From contig NC_087437.1 of the NCBI RefSeq assembly GCF_036321535.1, positions 40,302,001-40,366,000 of the forward strand: DNA of 64,000 nt. Reading direction: 5' to 3'. A model generated the notes under the pieces. The model was not told the DNA's origin. It did not search any database and saw nothing but the letters and a program-made list of their open reading frames with translations. Shown piece after piece: positions 28,701 through 40,847 of the stretch; the first letter of the stretch is position 1, and each line of letters opens with the position of its first letter. Source of the stretch: Camelus dromedarius (taxonomy: Eukaryota). Made by a program: the position numbers and the translations under genes.

Positions 28701-29177
28701 AGAAAACTTTGAAAATGATACAGAAGAAAATCCAAATTACTAATAATGTTGCCTCATGGATGATTACATTACCATGTGAGAATATATACTCAAGTGTCTG
28801 TGTGTGCACGTATATCCAGTTGTATCAGTATATGGAGAGTTATAATATGAACTGTAATATGAACTGCTGCTTTTCAGTTAACATACAATAAGATGTATTT
28901 TTGTTTTCATAGTAAGTGGTAATGAATGATCCTGATAGGAAATCTGGAAATCATATAAGTGTAAAAATAAAGAAATTAGAATATTTTCATTATAAATTTT
29001 TATAAGAAATTCTGAAGTAGAGTGAAAGTTAAAGTTCCCCTTCATATTCAAATACCCACCACTATTAAATCTCACTTACTCATACATAGTTAATTATTAA
29101 GAGTCTCATTACAGATTTTTGCTTGTTTACATACATACATACATATATATGTGTATGTATATATATATATATACACG

Positions 29178-29212
<35 letters not shown>

Positions 29213-32200
29213 ATAGCAGGTATTAATGGTAAATTCTTTGGGGGCATTTCAGGCAGTTGCACAATTATATGCTATATAGGTCTTCTGAACAAGTAAAGGG
29301 CCAAATGAGGAAACCTAGAAGTTAGCTTTGTGGAGATGTTCATGAGTGGACCTAATTGGGCAGCAGAAAGAAACCTAGCCGGGCAGGTCAAAACACAGGT
29401 GCTCCTGGCAGCACAACATAATGACCAGAAATAAGTAGTCATTGGGCAAAAAGCAGGCATTTAGTTAACAAGTGTTATGATATGCTGGAGCAGGTACCAT
29501 TGGAGGTAGGAAGGTGGATAGTCACTGTTAACAGGCACAGATGGGGCCAGTGAGACCTAGTTTCTAGGTTGTGGTTTGGTAGCTATACTTTTATGAAGGC
29601 AGGAATGAATAAACAAATCACAAACTTTGAAACTGGAACATAAGATTTGAAAAGATGGCTTTTAGATGACAAAGGTAAGGGTAATTCAGTTTCTTTAGTA
29701 GGATTAGAAAAGATTGTCAGCCAGAGTTAACTTAATTTGGGAGTCAGCTGAGTTTCTAAACTCATCAGATAAAGAAATGAATAAAGCAGGGAATATCACT
29801 TTTAAGAAGTTTACAGTCTAATGAAAGAGGCAAACATATAACATAAATTGTATATTAAGTTAGAAGATAAATGTGATGAATAGAATAGTAGGAAATAGGA
29901 GGGAGGATGAATGATGGATTTATAATTTTAAACAGGTTCGGCCAATTAGAGAGGGTCACATTTGAGGGAAGATTTGAAGGAAGTGAGGGAGTAAACCAAG
30001 AGGACGTGCTTATTTGGGGGAAGAGCATTCCAAGTGACGGGAACAGCCAGTGAAAAAGCCCTGAAGTAGTAATGTTAAAAACAAAAACAGAAACAGAAAC
30101 AAAACCCCTGCTAAACAGAGGAAAGATCAATGTATTGAGAAATTAGTAGAACAAGGAGCACATAGTGTTATTTTGCCAAATATATTGTACAGTTTCTAGC
30201 TTGATACTATGAAGAGTTGTCTTCAGAGTCCAGAAATCTCACCTTAGCATATTTAATTATTCACTAGTTAATTGAAGATACTTCAATATAGTGGCAGGCT
30301 GAAGAGTGAAGTACATGGAAAGAAAAAAATTACAGCAAGAATGACAGCTAAAGACACAAGTTGGATCAATCAAGTCATGGGCACATTTTTAATTTGTTAA
30401 CATTTCTTAAATTGTTGTATTTATTTTCCCCATAGATTTATATTCCACTTATGTCTGCTCTTGAATTTGAGACTTCACAGTATTATATAAAGCAGAGTTT
30501 TGCTTATTCCTAATGAACCTAAAGAAGAACTTAAGGATAATTCTAAACCTATAATCTCATTTAAATTATATAATTAAAAAATGAAAAGTAGATTGACAAC
30601 TTTCATGCAGTCAAATTGGCTGCACAGTTTTTTGATTAGAGGTGGTTGATTGTTTTTCTGTGGGCTTATTAGTTGTAATTTTTCTTGAAAGATGCCATTG
30701 TGTGTCTTCTTTACTTATTTTACTCAGGCCTTGATATTTTTGCTTTTAGTCTATATCTGTATGATTGATAGTGAATGTAATGTCATACCTTTTCCCCAAA
30801 GGCTTTTAAAGAAGCAGTTTTTCCATCGGGCACTAAAAGTAATGAAAATGAAGTATGAGAAAGACATAAAAAAAGAAAAAGAGAAGGGAAAAGCTGAAAG
30901 TGGAAAAGAAGAAGATAAAAAGAGCAAGAAAGAAAATCTAAAGGATGAAAAGACAAAAAAGGAAAAAGAAAAAAAAAAAGATGGTGAAAAGGAAGAATCC
31001 AAAAAGGTGATTTCAACTAAAATTAAGTAAAATCAAAAATTACTATGTGCACATTATCACTACTGGCATATTAGCACTTTTAAATTTAATGTGCAATAAC
31101 CATTTAAGAAACCATTTTAGGGTTCTCATAAATACCGTAGTTGAGAATTTCGATTTTTTCAAATAGTGAAACTTTTGACTGTGTGAATGTCATATTGCTT
31201 TTTGCTTGTTTGTAAAAGTGGGTTTTTTTTTTTTTTCTATTATTTTTTTAAAGGAGGAAGCTCCTGGAACTCCCAAAAAGAAGGAAACTAAGAAAAAATT
31301 CAAGCTTGAGCCACATGATGATCAAGTTTTTCTGGATGGAAATGAGGTAAGAGTATCTAGCTTTTAAGTAGAAATCTAATTTTCCATAGGAGTTTTTAGA
31401 ATTATCTTTGATGCATTTACTAAGAAAAGAAGTAATTTAGATAAATTTAACCATGTAGATACAAAATCTACTCTCTTTAAAAATCGGTTTCTCTGCATTT
31501 AGGTTTATTAAAAATGTATTAAAAAATCAGTCAGAATCATGTTCATGTCTCTATGATTGATAAGAAACCTGAAATAACAGTGGCATAAAACAAAATAGTA
31601 CTTAATTCTCTCATCAGTTAAATCTAAGGGCAAGCAGTACAATATGGCAGCTCCATGACGGATCCGAACTTTTCCAACTGTGTGAGGCAGTTAGTAAAGA
31701 CGACCTCATGGTCCAAAATGACTGCCAGCCTTATATCTGCATCCAGAGGAGGGAAGAAGAATGAGGGACCTGCTTCCTTTTTAAGGATACCTTTCAGGAA
31801 ACTGATAGTTTATTTCTACTTGGATTCCATTGGCCAGAACCTAGTCACATAGTCATGCCTACCTGCAGTAAAGTCTTAGAAATAGGCTTTTTATACTGAG
31901 TGGTCATTTGCCCAAGAAATATGCTTTTTATACTGAGTGGTCATTTGCCCAGTAAAATGTAGGATTTCCATGACAATCAAAGAAAATAAAAGTAGAATGG
32001 TTAATGAGGGACACCTACTGATTTCTGCCTCTTATAGTCAGACACACTACTATAGGGGCCTAAAATTTTCAACATTACGTGGTGCTTTATTCAGGGAGAT
32101 CATTTTTATTTTATTTAATAAGATATTTGTGTGGTGGTAGCCTTCCATGAAGACCGCTTAATTTAGTCATTTAACCAATACAGAAACGTTTAGTTACATA

Positions 32201-35200
32201 CTGGTCACTGAATTATTGTGAATTTCAAGACATCTCATGGTACAGGAGTAGCTCACGTTATTGTGCTTCTCTTTATTGCACTTCAGAGTTAATGCAGTTT
32301 TTCTTTGTTTGTTTGTTTTACAAATTGAGGGTTTACAACAACCCTGCATTGAACAAGTCTGTCAGCTCCATTTTTTCCAACAGCATTTGCTCACTTTGTT
32401 TCTGTCACATTTTGTTATTTCTCACAATATTTCAAATCCTCCTCCAGCAAAAAGATTATGACTCACTGAATGCTCAGATGATGGTTAGCATTTTTTAGCA
32501 ATAAAATATTTTTTACTTTGGATATGTACATTGTTTTCTTAGACATAATGCTATTGCACACTTAATAGACTATAGTATAGTGTAAACATAACTTTTATAT
32601 GCACTGGGAAACCAAAAAAATTGCATTATTGCAGTGATCTGGATCCAAACTTGCAGTATCTCTGAGGTATGCCTGTGCTGTATTGTGGCATGGTAAATGT
32701 TATGATGGGAGAGCACCAGTTGGGGATAGTTAATTTAATCACTGCAGGATGTGGAGGGTCTGGAGATCCTGAACACTTGAACTGAGCCTTGGAGGTTGAC
32801 TGGCAGATTGCCAGGTGCACTGAGAAGGAGTTACAGATCTATTAGGCAAAGGAAGCAGTCTGAGCAAAAGCACAGGTCCTTACTTACTCAAAAAGGCTAG
32901 ATTTTATGCTGTAGAAAGAAGCATGCTTTCAAACTTTTAAAGATGGGAAACGTCTTTAAAAACTTGCTTATTTAGAGTGCTAACTGGCAGAAGTGATGTC
33001 TGTGGATTTGATTTATAAGATAAATGTGCAGAGTTAAAAAAGAGGAATGTTAGAACCAAATCAGAAAGACAATAACAAAGAGCTCTGGGCAAAATAAAAC
33101 CAGGAAATAGAAGAGTACTGTTATTTATAGAAACTAAGAGATAAAACTAAGAGTTTGGTGGATGATGAGCAGAGTTCTAATTATTCTAAATGAAGTAAAT
33201 TTCTGTTGTATAAAGTAAGCTTTAAAGCATTGGTTCCCAGCTTTTGGGCTACAGACTCTCCGTGGGGAGCTGGCAATGAAATTATTGCAAGGAGTCACAG
33301 ACAGACTCTTTATGTTCACTAAGCATCTCATCAGCAGGAGAGAATAGGGTGAAATTGAGAACTGCTGGTTTTGTAATAGGGCCTGACTGGACTCTGGCTT
33401 TATTGTGCTCTTAGACTGGTTGGTTCTACTCATGCCAATGTGCATCATCACATTCGGGAAAAAAAGGCTGTATAATTGCTGGTCTTTAGGTTGAATAAGT
33501 AATGGTTTGCACACATAAATATTAAAAACATGCAAGTACGTAGAAATGTACTTAACTGCATTACATAATTTATAATTTTTAAAATAATTTTCTAATTGAG
33601 TGGATACCAAAAGAAACACTACTACTGAAGGAAAGGTCTCTCAAATTTATTTACCTTAAAAAGTAGTTTTTATACATTAAGAAGTTGGAAGTGACTGTTG
33701 TGGAGTATCTGAAATAAAGAATTAAGCTTGACTTACTAATGTGACTATAGAACTTTAAGCACTGGGGTTTCTTGATTCTTCCAGGTATTTGTGTGGATCT
33801 ATGACCCAGTTCACTTCAAAACATTTGTCATGGGATTAATTCTTGGTAAGTACAATCTCAAATTTAGAAAGGAAAATAAATAATGCAGAAGCCAGAAAGA
33901 AAAATGTTTAACATAAAGTAGTTATTTTTTAAAGTACATTTTAAATAAAGCCAGAATATGAATGATAAACAGAGCAAAATATTTGTACTACACTGAAGCA
34001 AAGATCTTTAAGAGATTAATAACCTGCTAGAAAAATGGTAAAGTTAGCTCACAGATAAAGAAATGCAGTGACCAATAATCTGAATGATACTTAATCACAG
34101 ACATATTAAATACAAATTAAAACAACAGCAGTTATCCAGAGGATTACAAAGTTTAATAGTACCTAGTCTTAGTGAAGGTCCAACACTTAAGAAAAACCCA
34201 CAGTCTCCAACAATTGATGGTATGTCCATTGTTTTAGTTTTTATGGAGGGCAGTTGGCAGTATGTTTTAAATTTTAAATGTATACACACCCAGCTTTTCC
34301 ATATCCAGGAATTTATTCCATGACTGGATACTAATACAGTTGTACAGAGTATCTGTTCAGAAATATGCATTGACATGTTATCTATTCTAATCCCTCGGAC
34401 TATATTTAGGAGAGTGATTAGCAGATATCTTTCAAGTTTTAACACAGTTGCATAAATGTACATGTGCATGCATGGTATTTGTTGCACTATTGTCTATAAT
34501 AGGATAAAACTGGAAACAGTTTAAGTCCCTCAATAGGAGGACAATGAGATAAATTACAACTGCATGCTGTAATACCATGCAGCTTTTAAAGAGATAGGGT
34601 GTACTCACAGAAAGATAGCTAGAATATATTAAATGAAAATTGTAAAAGAGTAAGAATATTACAAGCTCATTTATGTAAAAAAAATTCCGTTTTAATTGTA
34701 TAAAGGCAGGCTCTGGGAGTACAGATAAGAAACAATAGTAATTAACCTCTGGATAGTAGACCAAGAACTGGATGAAAACTTTATACTATACCGTTTTTGT
34801 TTGTTTTTTGTTTTTCCTTACCATAGGTATGTGTTATTCCTGTAAATTCAGGGGAGGGGGCATGGGAGGTGCAGAGAGAATGATTTAACAAGTAGGAAAA
34901 AATAGCAGTTAAATAAACAAGTTTGATCAATATGATATCATAGGATTCCATTCAGAATAATAAGTCTAACCCTTAGCTTATAAATAAAATAGCTGGAATT
35001 TGAATTCTGATCTCTCTTGCTCTAAACACCTAAAAAGGGCTTCCTTCTGATTGTTCCATCTGGTCCCCCTGAGAAATAAAACTGGAGATCCTTGTATCGT
35101 TTCCCTAACTCCCAAAAACCATCTGTATCAGAATCACCTGGTGAACTTTTCAATCAGTAGATGTGAGAGCGCTCAGAATCACTCTCCAGGGAGGGATCTT

Positions 35201-38200
35201 TGGAATCATTTTGGTTAGTCTTGTCATTTGGTTGTTTCTTTAAGCTCCCTTGTTCAGTAGCCAGATATTTTATAGTCAAAAATAAGGTTGAACACAGCAG
35301 CAGTTGATCATTTAAGGAGCTAACAATTTCACATTTTTACATGGCACTTTTTCTAGTATAAGTTTACATAATTTATGTAATTTATACTAGAAAAATCCTA
35401 ATCTAAGAACAATAGTTAAAATATTATGAAATTATAAAATATTATGAAATAAAATGTTATAAAATACTATGAAATGACTGATAATTGACCATTTTTTACC
35501 TGTTTCCATATGTTTATGTTTCACTTCTCACCCTAGGAATATATTCACTATTTTGGTAACTAAGCCATTTAAAATTTTAATCTAAAGGCTATCTGTGTAA
35601 CTTTGTCATTTCTTGTTCCAGTGATTGCAGTGATAGCAGCCACCCTCTTCCCTCTTTGGCCAGCAGAAATGAGAGTAGGCGTTTATTACCTCAGTGTGGG
35701 TGCAGGCTGTTTTGTAGCCAGCATTCTTCTCCTTGCTGTTGGTAAGTACTGTTATTAGTAAGACTGACCCCAGACTTACTAAGAGATATTGAGCAGTTTG
35801 GATTGTAATCTGGAGCTTCAGTAAAGCTTAATAGCAGAATTAATATTGATGAATCAAGAATTATATGGGCCTACTTTTTGATCTTATCCCAAAACTGACT
35901 CAGGCTTGAAGTAGCATGTATACTTAATTAGATGTGGTCTGGTCTGAGAAAAGGATTTAATATGTCTTATGCAACTAGATATAAGTAGCTTTAAAATTTA
36001 ACTACCACAGGAACTTTAATATTTTTACAATGATCGATCATTTGTTAACATAATACTTTCAGTAAGCATTTTTATATTTTGACTTGAGGCAAATGAAACT
36101 TGTATTCAGCATTTCCATTTTGTACAGTAAATTATTCTAGACAATTGATTTGCCGTTTTGGGGAAAAGTCAGTTTGCACCATGTGCCAAAATAAATTCTC
36201 ATTGCATTAAAAAGTTTTAAAATGTTTTTTAAAAATCAACAAGAAAATGTAAATAATGTTATTTTACATTTCTGGATGAGTGGGGTCTTCCATAGCTAAA
36301 AATAAGACAATATGAAAATAACCCAATTCAAAAGATGAAATTAAAAACAAATGATTAATAAATGTATGAAAATGCTCATCACTAGTATCAAACAATAAAA
36401 TTAAGATAATGAAATATATTTTACTTACATCATTAGGAAGATATTTTTGAAATGGAAATACTCTGCTAAAGAGGGTTTGACTATAAGGAAGTACGCCTAA
36501 CTATAAATGGTAGTGGTAGTTATGAATGACTTTAATGTTCTTCTTTACATCTGTGTATATTTTTCACAGTGAACATATTCTAACTATGAGAAAAACAACA
36601 AATAATATTTTGTTTAAAATCCTAGTCTTTAACAATTTCCCAATAAAGGATGAACTGGTCTAATTTAGTTTTTGATTTGGGGAAAGAAATAGGATTTTTT
36701 CTCAGCACATCTAAAGCTGTTTAGTGATTTTTTTTTTAACCTTATATGTAATTCTTTGATCCATCTAGAGTTTATGTTGGTGTATGGTACTAAGTTCTGA
36801 TTATTTTCATCACATGACAAATCAACTTTTCCATCAAGACATATAGGAGTACTTCTTTATAAAAAATTTTTAAAACACTCACATTACTGACCTAATATCT
36901 GTTGTTTTGTTAGAGGACATAATCTAACCAAGATTATGTGAACTGGGTGCATTTCTGGGATTCTATGGTATGTAATGTAATAGATGCTTATATTTATAAA
37001 GCATTACTGCTACAGCCTTAAGCAGGTTCCCTCTGCACATCCCTTCACCCTGGGTATTAAGGTGTCGTCCTAAGTTGGTGCCACCATCCATGGACCCAGG
37101 AACTCATGTAGCATTTTCTTTTAACATTTTTTTATTGAGTTATAGTCATTTTACAATGTTGTGTCAAATCATGTAGCGTTTTCATTCGGTTCATGTTTAT
37201 GGGCTTCCTTTTTTCCTGGGATCTCTGACTGTGTGTGAAGCCTTTTTCACCCACCTTTCAGTTTTCCTTCCTCTAGCTAAGTCACCTTGAAAATTGCCCC
37301 GGAAGCTTCTGCATGTAATATAGTACATTTGTAGGCCAAGAAATAGTATCTAAGACTGTGAAGCAGGTAACTGGTGGTAGTGTACTACCTGCATCAAAAA
37401 TGAGAAGCCACAAACTTTGATCTGGCATTAGATACACTAATGAGACTGATGTCTTCTGGCTCCCAAACCCATGACAATTTAGAAGCTCTTTGAAATTTTT
37501 CAGCAAACGTTTAACTCCACTGAATAGAATTAACCTACTTGGTTATCTTTTATTTAAACCAGTATTCTCAATAATTTATGGTTATTATCTTGTTTTGCCT
37601 TTTAAATTATTTCTTCAGTAGTATTTCCTATAATTTTTCATTTTAAATATACTATGGATTTAAGTAGCATTGTGCATTAAATAGTCCCATGAATTAAATA
37701 AATCAGAAAATAAACTGAACATTTTTGTTTTTTCTCTTAGAAAAATGAAATTCTAAATTAACTTTCAAAGGGTTTTGATCTGTACCCCAGTTGCAAATCA
37801 GAGATTTATATTATCCCATGAAGTATTATATATTGGTCAAAATTATCTTTGGTGCTACTTGGAATATGTATTGTTAGTATTTCTGTTTAAAATAGGACCT
37901 TTGACAATTTTGTAAGTTTGTCACTTTTAGAATAGAAACAGTATGACTTTATACATCACAGTGGTTTTCCCATGATTCTCCCTCTTTGGCTCCTGGTAAT
38001 CTGCTGCCACATAGAGAAAAACAGTAAAAAACGTTAGAATTCTGTTACACCCAGTTTGTATATGGAATGAGAATTTAGATTTGCCATTTTGATACTGCTT
38101 TTTCATGGATTTGAGGCAAGATTTCATATTACGAATTGTCTGTCTTAAAACCCTTTAAATCCTATTGTACATAATGCTGTATGCAGCCTCCTTAAAAGAT

Positions 38201-40111
38201 GTTCATTGTTTCTTTTTTATCACTGGGATTTATTTACTTATTTATTCCATAATTTCAAGCATATTTGCCTTTTCTGTTTGTACCACAAAAGACACTGATG
38301 TATACAGAGTCTTTCAGAATATTTATGTTCTTTTATGAAAAATAGAAATTACTGCTTTATAAAAGTCAAGGGAGCTATAACCATTTCTTTTTATCTAACC
38401 TAAGCAAAATAATGGAAGATGCATTGATGACCTTTTTTTAGGCCTTATTTAAAGATAGTAATACAGTTATTTGTAAAGAAAACAAAAACTGAAACAAAAC
38501 CGAAAACCTGTCACAATTGATTAGTTCATAACATTCACATAATCATGACCTCGGGGTGGGGGGGAACAGGAAAATTAGGCAAATCACTCAGCTCTTTGTA
38601 TTTGGTAAATTAAGAGAAAACTATATGAAGTTTTGAGGTTTGTGTTCCTGATAGCTCATTATTGTAAACTTTAAAATTCTTAATTTCTTCCATTATCTAA
38701 ATACAGTTTTGTCATATATTGCTATAAAAGAGTAACCTCGAACCTATTTGTTGAAGCAATCTGGCCTTCATTAGCATTGTATTGTTTCCTAATATTGGGA
38801 GATAGCTGGTCCTTCAATAAGCAGAAATTATATATTTATTTAAGAAAGTTATAACTTCTAGGAAAATGTTCTCTTATTGTTCAAAAGTATTTTTCCTTAG
38901 AAGATATCCTTTAGGCAGAGTAGGCACATGCCTTGGACTTTTAGGGGCCACAGAAATGATTTTATTTTCATTTCTTTTAAAATCAAGTACACATGTATTT
39001 ACATGTGTAAATATTATTACATGTGTTACATATTATGTAATATTTATATGTAATAATATGTAATATATAAAATATTATTACATGTGTATGTGTTATGAAC
39101 CTGTGTGGGATTATATTTATACCAATATGGTTGTAAAAAGCCTAATTTTTAATATTTTTTTTAATGGAAGAATTGCCTTACAAAGGCAAAAATGCCTAGG
39201 TTCTAAAGAAGTCATGATTCAGCCCTGCTTTTTCATTTTTAAAGGCTTCTTAAGGTATCTTTCATCCCTTACTTGCATTTATTTTCCTCTTTCTTCTACC
39301 TTGTTCTTATGTATACTTCAAGGTCCAGCTGGCACCTGTGCTTATTGAACTATAACATAGCAAAGTGCGTAAATCATAAGTATCTCCATGAAACAGCACC
39401 CAGACTAAAAAAAAAAAATGAAAGTAAGTTTTTGAATGGCATTGTAGCGTTACGCCCCCAAGTTCAGAGCAGAATGCTGTGTGCCTAGAATACTGTCGAT
39501 AGCTGCTAAACTAGTCAGGATTTAATTGTTTATATTTCAGGTGCATGTGGTATGCAAATAATAAACTTTGTTTTCCCATTAACAAATATTCCCTGCTGTC
39601 TGAGTCACTTGAATTATTCAATTAGAGAAATTTTTCTCCCGCAGCTCGTTGCATTCTGTTTCTCATCATTTGGCTCATAACTGGAGGAAGGCACCATTTT
39701 TGGTTCTTGCCAAATCTGACTGCTGACGTGGGCTTCATTGACTCCTTCAGGCCTCTGTACACACATGAATATAAAGGACCAAAAGCAGACTTAAAGAAAG
39801 ATGAAAAATCTGAAACCAAAAAGCAGCAGAAGTCCGACAGTGAGGAAAAGTCAGACAGTGAGAAAAAGGAAGATGAGGAGGGAAAAGTAGGACCAGGAAA
39901 TCATGGAACAGAAGGCTCAGGTGGAGAACGGCATTCAGACACAGACAGTGATAGGAGGGAAGATGACCGATCCCAACACAGTAGTGGAAATGGGAATGAT
40001 TTTGAAATGATCACAAAAGAGGAACTGGAACAGCAGACAGATGGGGATTGTGAAGAGGAGGAAGAAGACAACGATGGAGAGACAGCTAAATCCTCACTCG
40101 AAAAATCATAA
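16296..40111 (+). CDS. SEC62: Translocation protein SEC62 (ER Sec61-associated membrane protein and ER-phagy receptor), spliced 8-exon CDS, 398 aa
   Basis: Eight exons of 36+109+106+205+93+61+120+467 = 1197 nt join in frame across GT-AG introns. The translation MAERRRHKKRIQEVGEPSKEEKAVAK...NDFEMITKEELEQQ...EKS* matches remembered mammalian SEC62, with a Lys/Glu-rich region, two hydrophobic TM segments and an acidic C-terminal tail. Confidence 0.98.
24119..24227 (+). CDS. SEC62: SEC62 exon 2 (EVGEPSKEEK...HRVDYFI)
   Basis: Acceptor ttctttgcag| and donor G|gtagga; 109 nt; frame continuous with exon 1. Confidence 0.97.
25231..25336 (+). CDS. SEC62: SEC62 exon 3 (ASKAVDCLLDSKWAK...VVDYCN)
   Basis: Acceptor tcttctttag| and donor AG|gtagtt; 106 nt. 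Confidence 0.97.
29128..29213. repeat. (TA)n/(TACA)n compound microsatellite in SEC62 intron 3
   Basis: Directly visible tacatacatac...tatatata...tgtatgtgta run. Confidence 0.9.
30802..31006 (+). CDS. SEC62: SEC62 exon 4 (RLLKKQFFHRALKVMKMK...EESKK)
   Basis: Acceptor ttttccccaaag| and donor AAG|gtgatt; 205 nt; contained in ORF 30692-31030. Confidence 0.97.
31254..31346 (+). CDS. SEC62: SEC62 exon 5 (EEAPGTPKKKETKKKFKLEPHDDQVFLDGNE)
   Basis: Long T tract then taaag| acceptor; donor GAG|gtaaga; 93 nt. Confidence 0.96.
32243..32675. mobile_element. Internally deleted Tigger1 DNA transposon
   Basis: Begins ta|caggagtagctcacgttattgtgcttctctttattgcac and ends cagtatctctgaggtatgcctg; both ends resemble Tigger1 termini. 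Confidence 0.8.
33785..33845 (+). CDS. SEC62: SEC62 exon 6 (VFVWIYDPVHFKTFVMGLIL)
   Basis: Acceptor ttcttccag| and donor G|gtaagt; 61 nt. Confidence 0.97.
35622..35741 (+). CDS. SEC62: SEC62 exon 7 (VIAVIAATLFPLWPAEMRVGVYYLSVGAGCFVASILLLAV), transmembrane region
   Basis: Acceptor ttgttccag| and donor G|gtaagt; 120 nt. Confidence 0.97.
37119..37168 (-). mobile_element. Extremely 5'-truncated L1 3' tail (~50 bp) with TSD
   Basis: ttttaacatttttttattgagttatagtcattttacaatgttgtgtcaaa matches the tails of the L1 copies at 53054 and 59802. It is flanked by tcatgtagcattttc (37104-37118) and tcatgtagcgttttc (37169-37183). Confidence 0.85.
39645..40111 (+). CDS. SEC62: SEC62 exon 8 coding part (ARCILFLIIW...KSSLEKS*), including the LIR motif NDFEMI at 39995-40012
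   Basis: Acceptor tttttctcccgcag|; contains ORF 39707-40111; TAA at 40109-40111. Confidence 0.97.
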
Positions 40112-40841
40112 TCTGACTAATTTGAGGACTAAATGAGTGCAAGAGGTTGGATTTTCTATGTTGGCTGATCATCACAATGTACACATGACATTTGTAGCAT
40201 TCTTTAAATCCATTTACTGCAGTGGATTTGACATCCAAGCAGTTATATTCAGTCCTTCATTTCATATAATACTATTATTGGTACAGTCTAAAGCCATTTA
40301 TAAGTTTTATCTATTTGATAATTTTACAGTAAATAGGTCTCATTTATTTTGATAGTTATCAAAGATGCACTTTCCACAATGACATTTAGATTGATGGCAT
40401 TTTTGATAGTTGTATGGCTTTTTACTGTTAGACTAATCAAAATAACTAAAAGGATAAAAACAAACACCAACATTTCAGATTATGCATAGTTATGTAGCCA
40501 TTTCACAATTCCTTTGAGATGAAATGCTTAAACTCATTGTTTTTGATACTTAAGCTTTTGTTAATTATAACATTTTACCAGGAAATTTCTAAGATTCTGA
40601 GTTAGCAGGGTTCAAAAGCATTTTGTGGAAATAAGCCAACTAGTAATAATGCAGCAACACTTTTTAGTTTAGCTACAAATTCTCCTTTCCCAACTTAGGA
40701 AATCCAAACTGATTTGTACCTCTGATTCAGAGTGAGATAGATGGTCACTTCCAACAGTGGAAGCGAGCAGCATTGGTTGGAAGGTGATGGCTCTTCTTCC
40801 CATTTCCTTATCGTAAAAATGTATTCTGTACATAATTTACA

Positions 40842-40847
40842 AATAAA
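40842..40847 (+). terminator. Candidate SEC62 polyadenylation signal (AATAAA)
   Basis: AATAAA preceded by two TGTA motifs and followed by T-rich sequence, about 730 nt after the stop. Further AATAAA hexamers lie at 41190-41195 and 41814-41819. Confidence 0.6.

Noticed and set aside
30751..31016. Phe/Ser/Leu-rich minus-strand ORFs
   Set aside because: Antisense shadow of the A-rich SEC62 exon 4.
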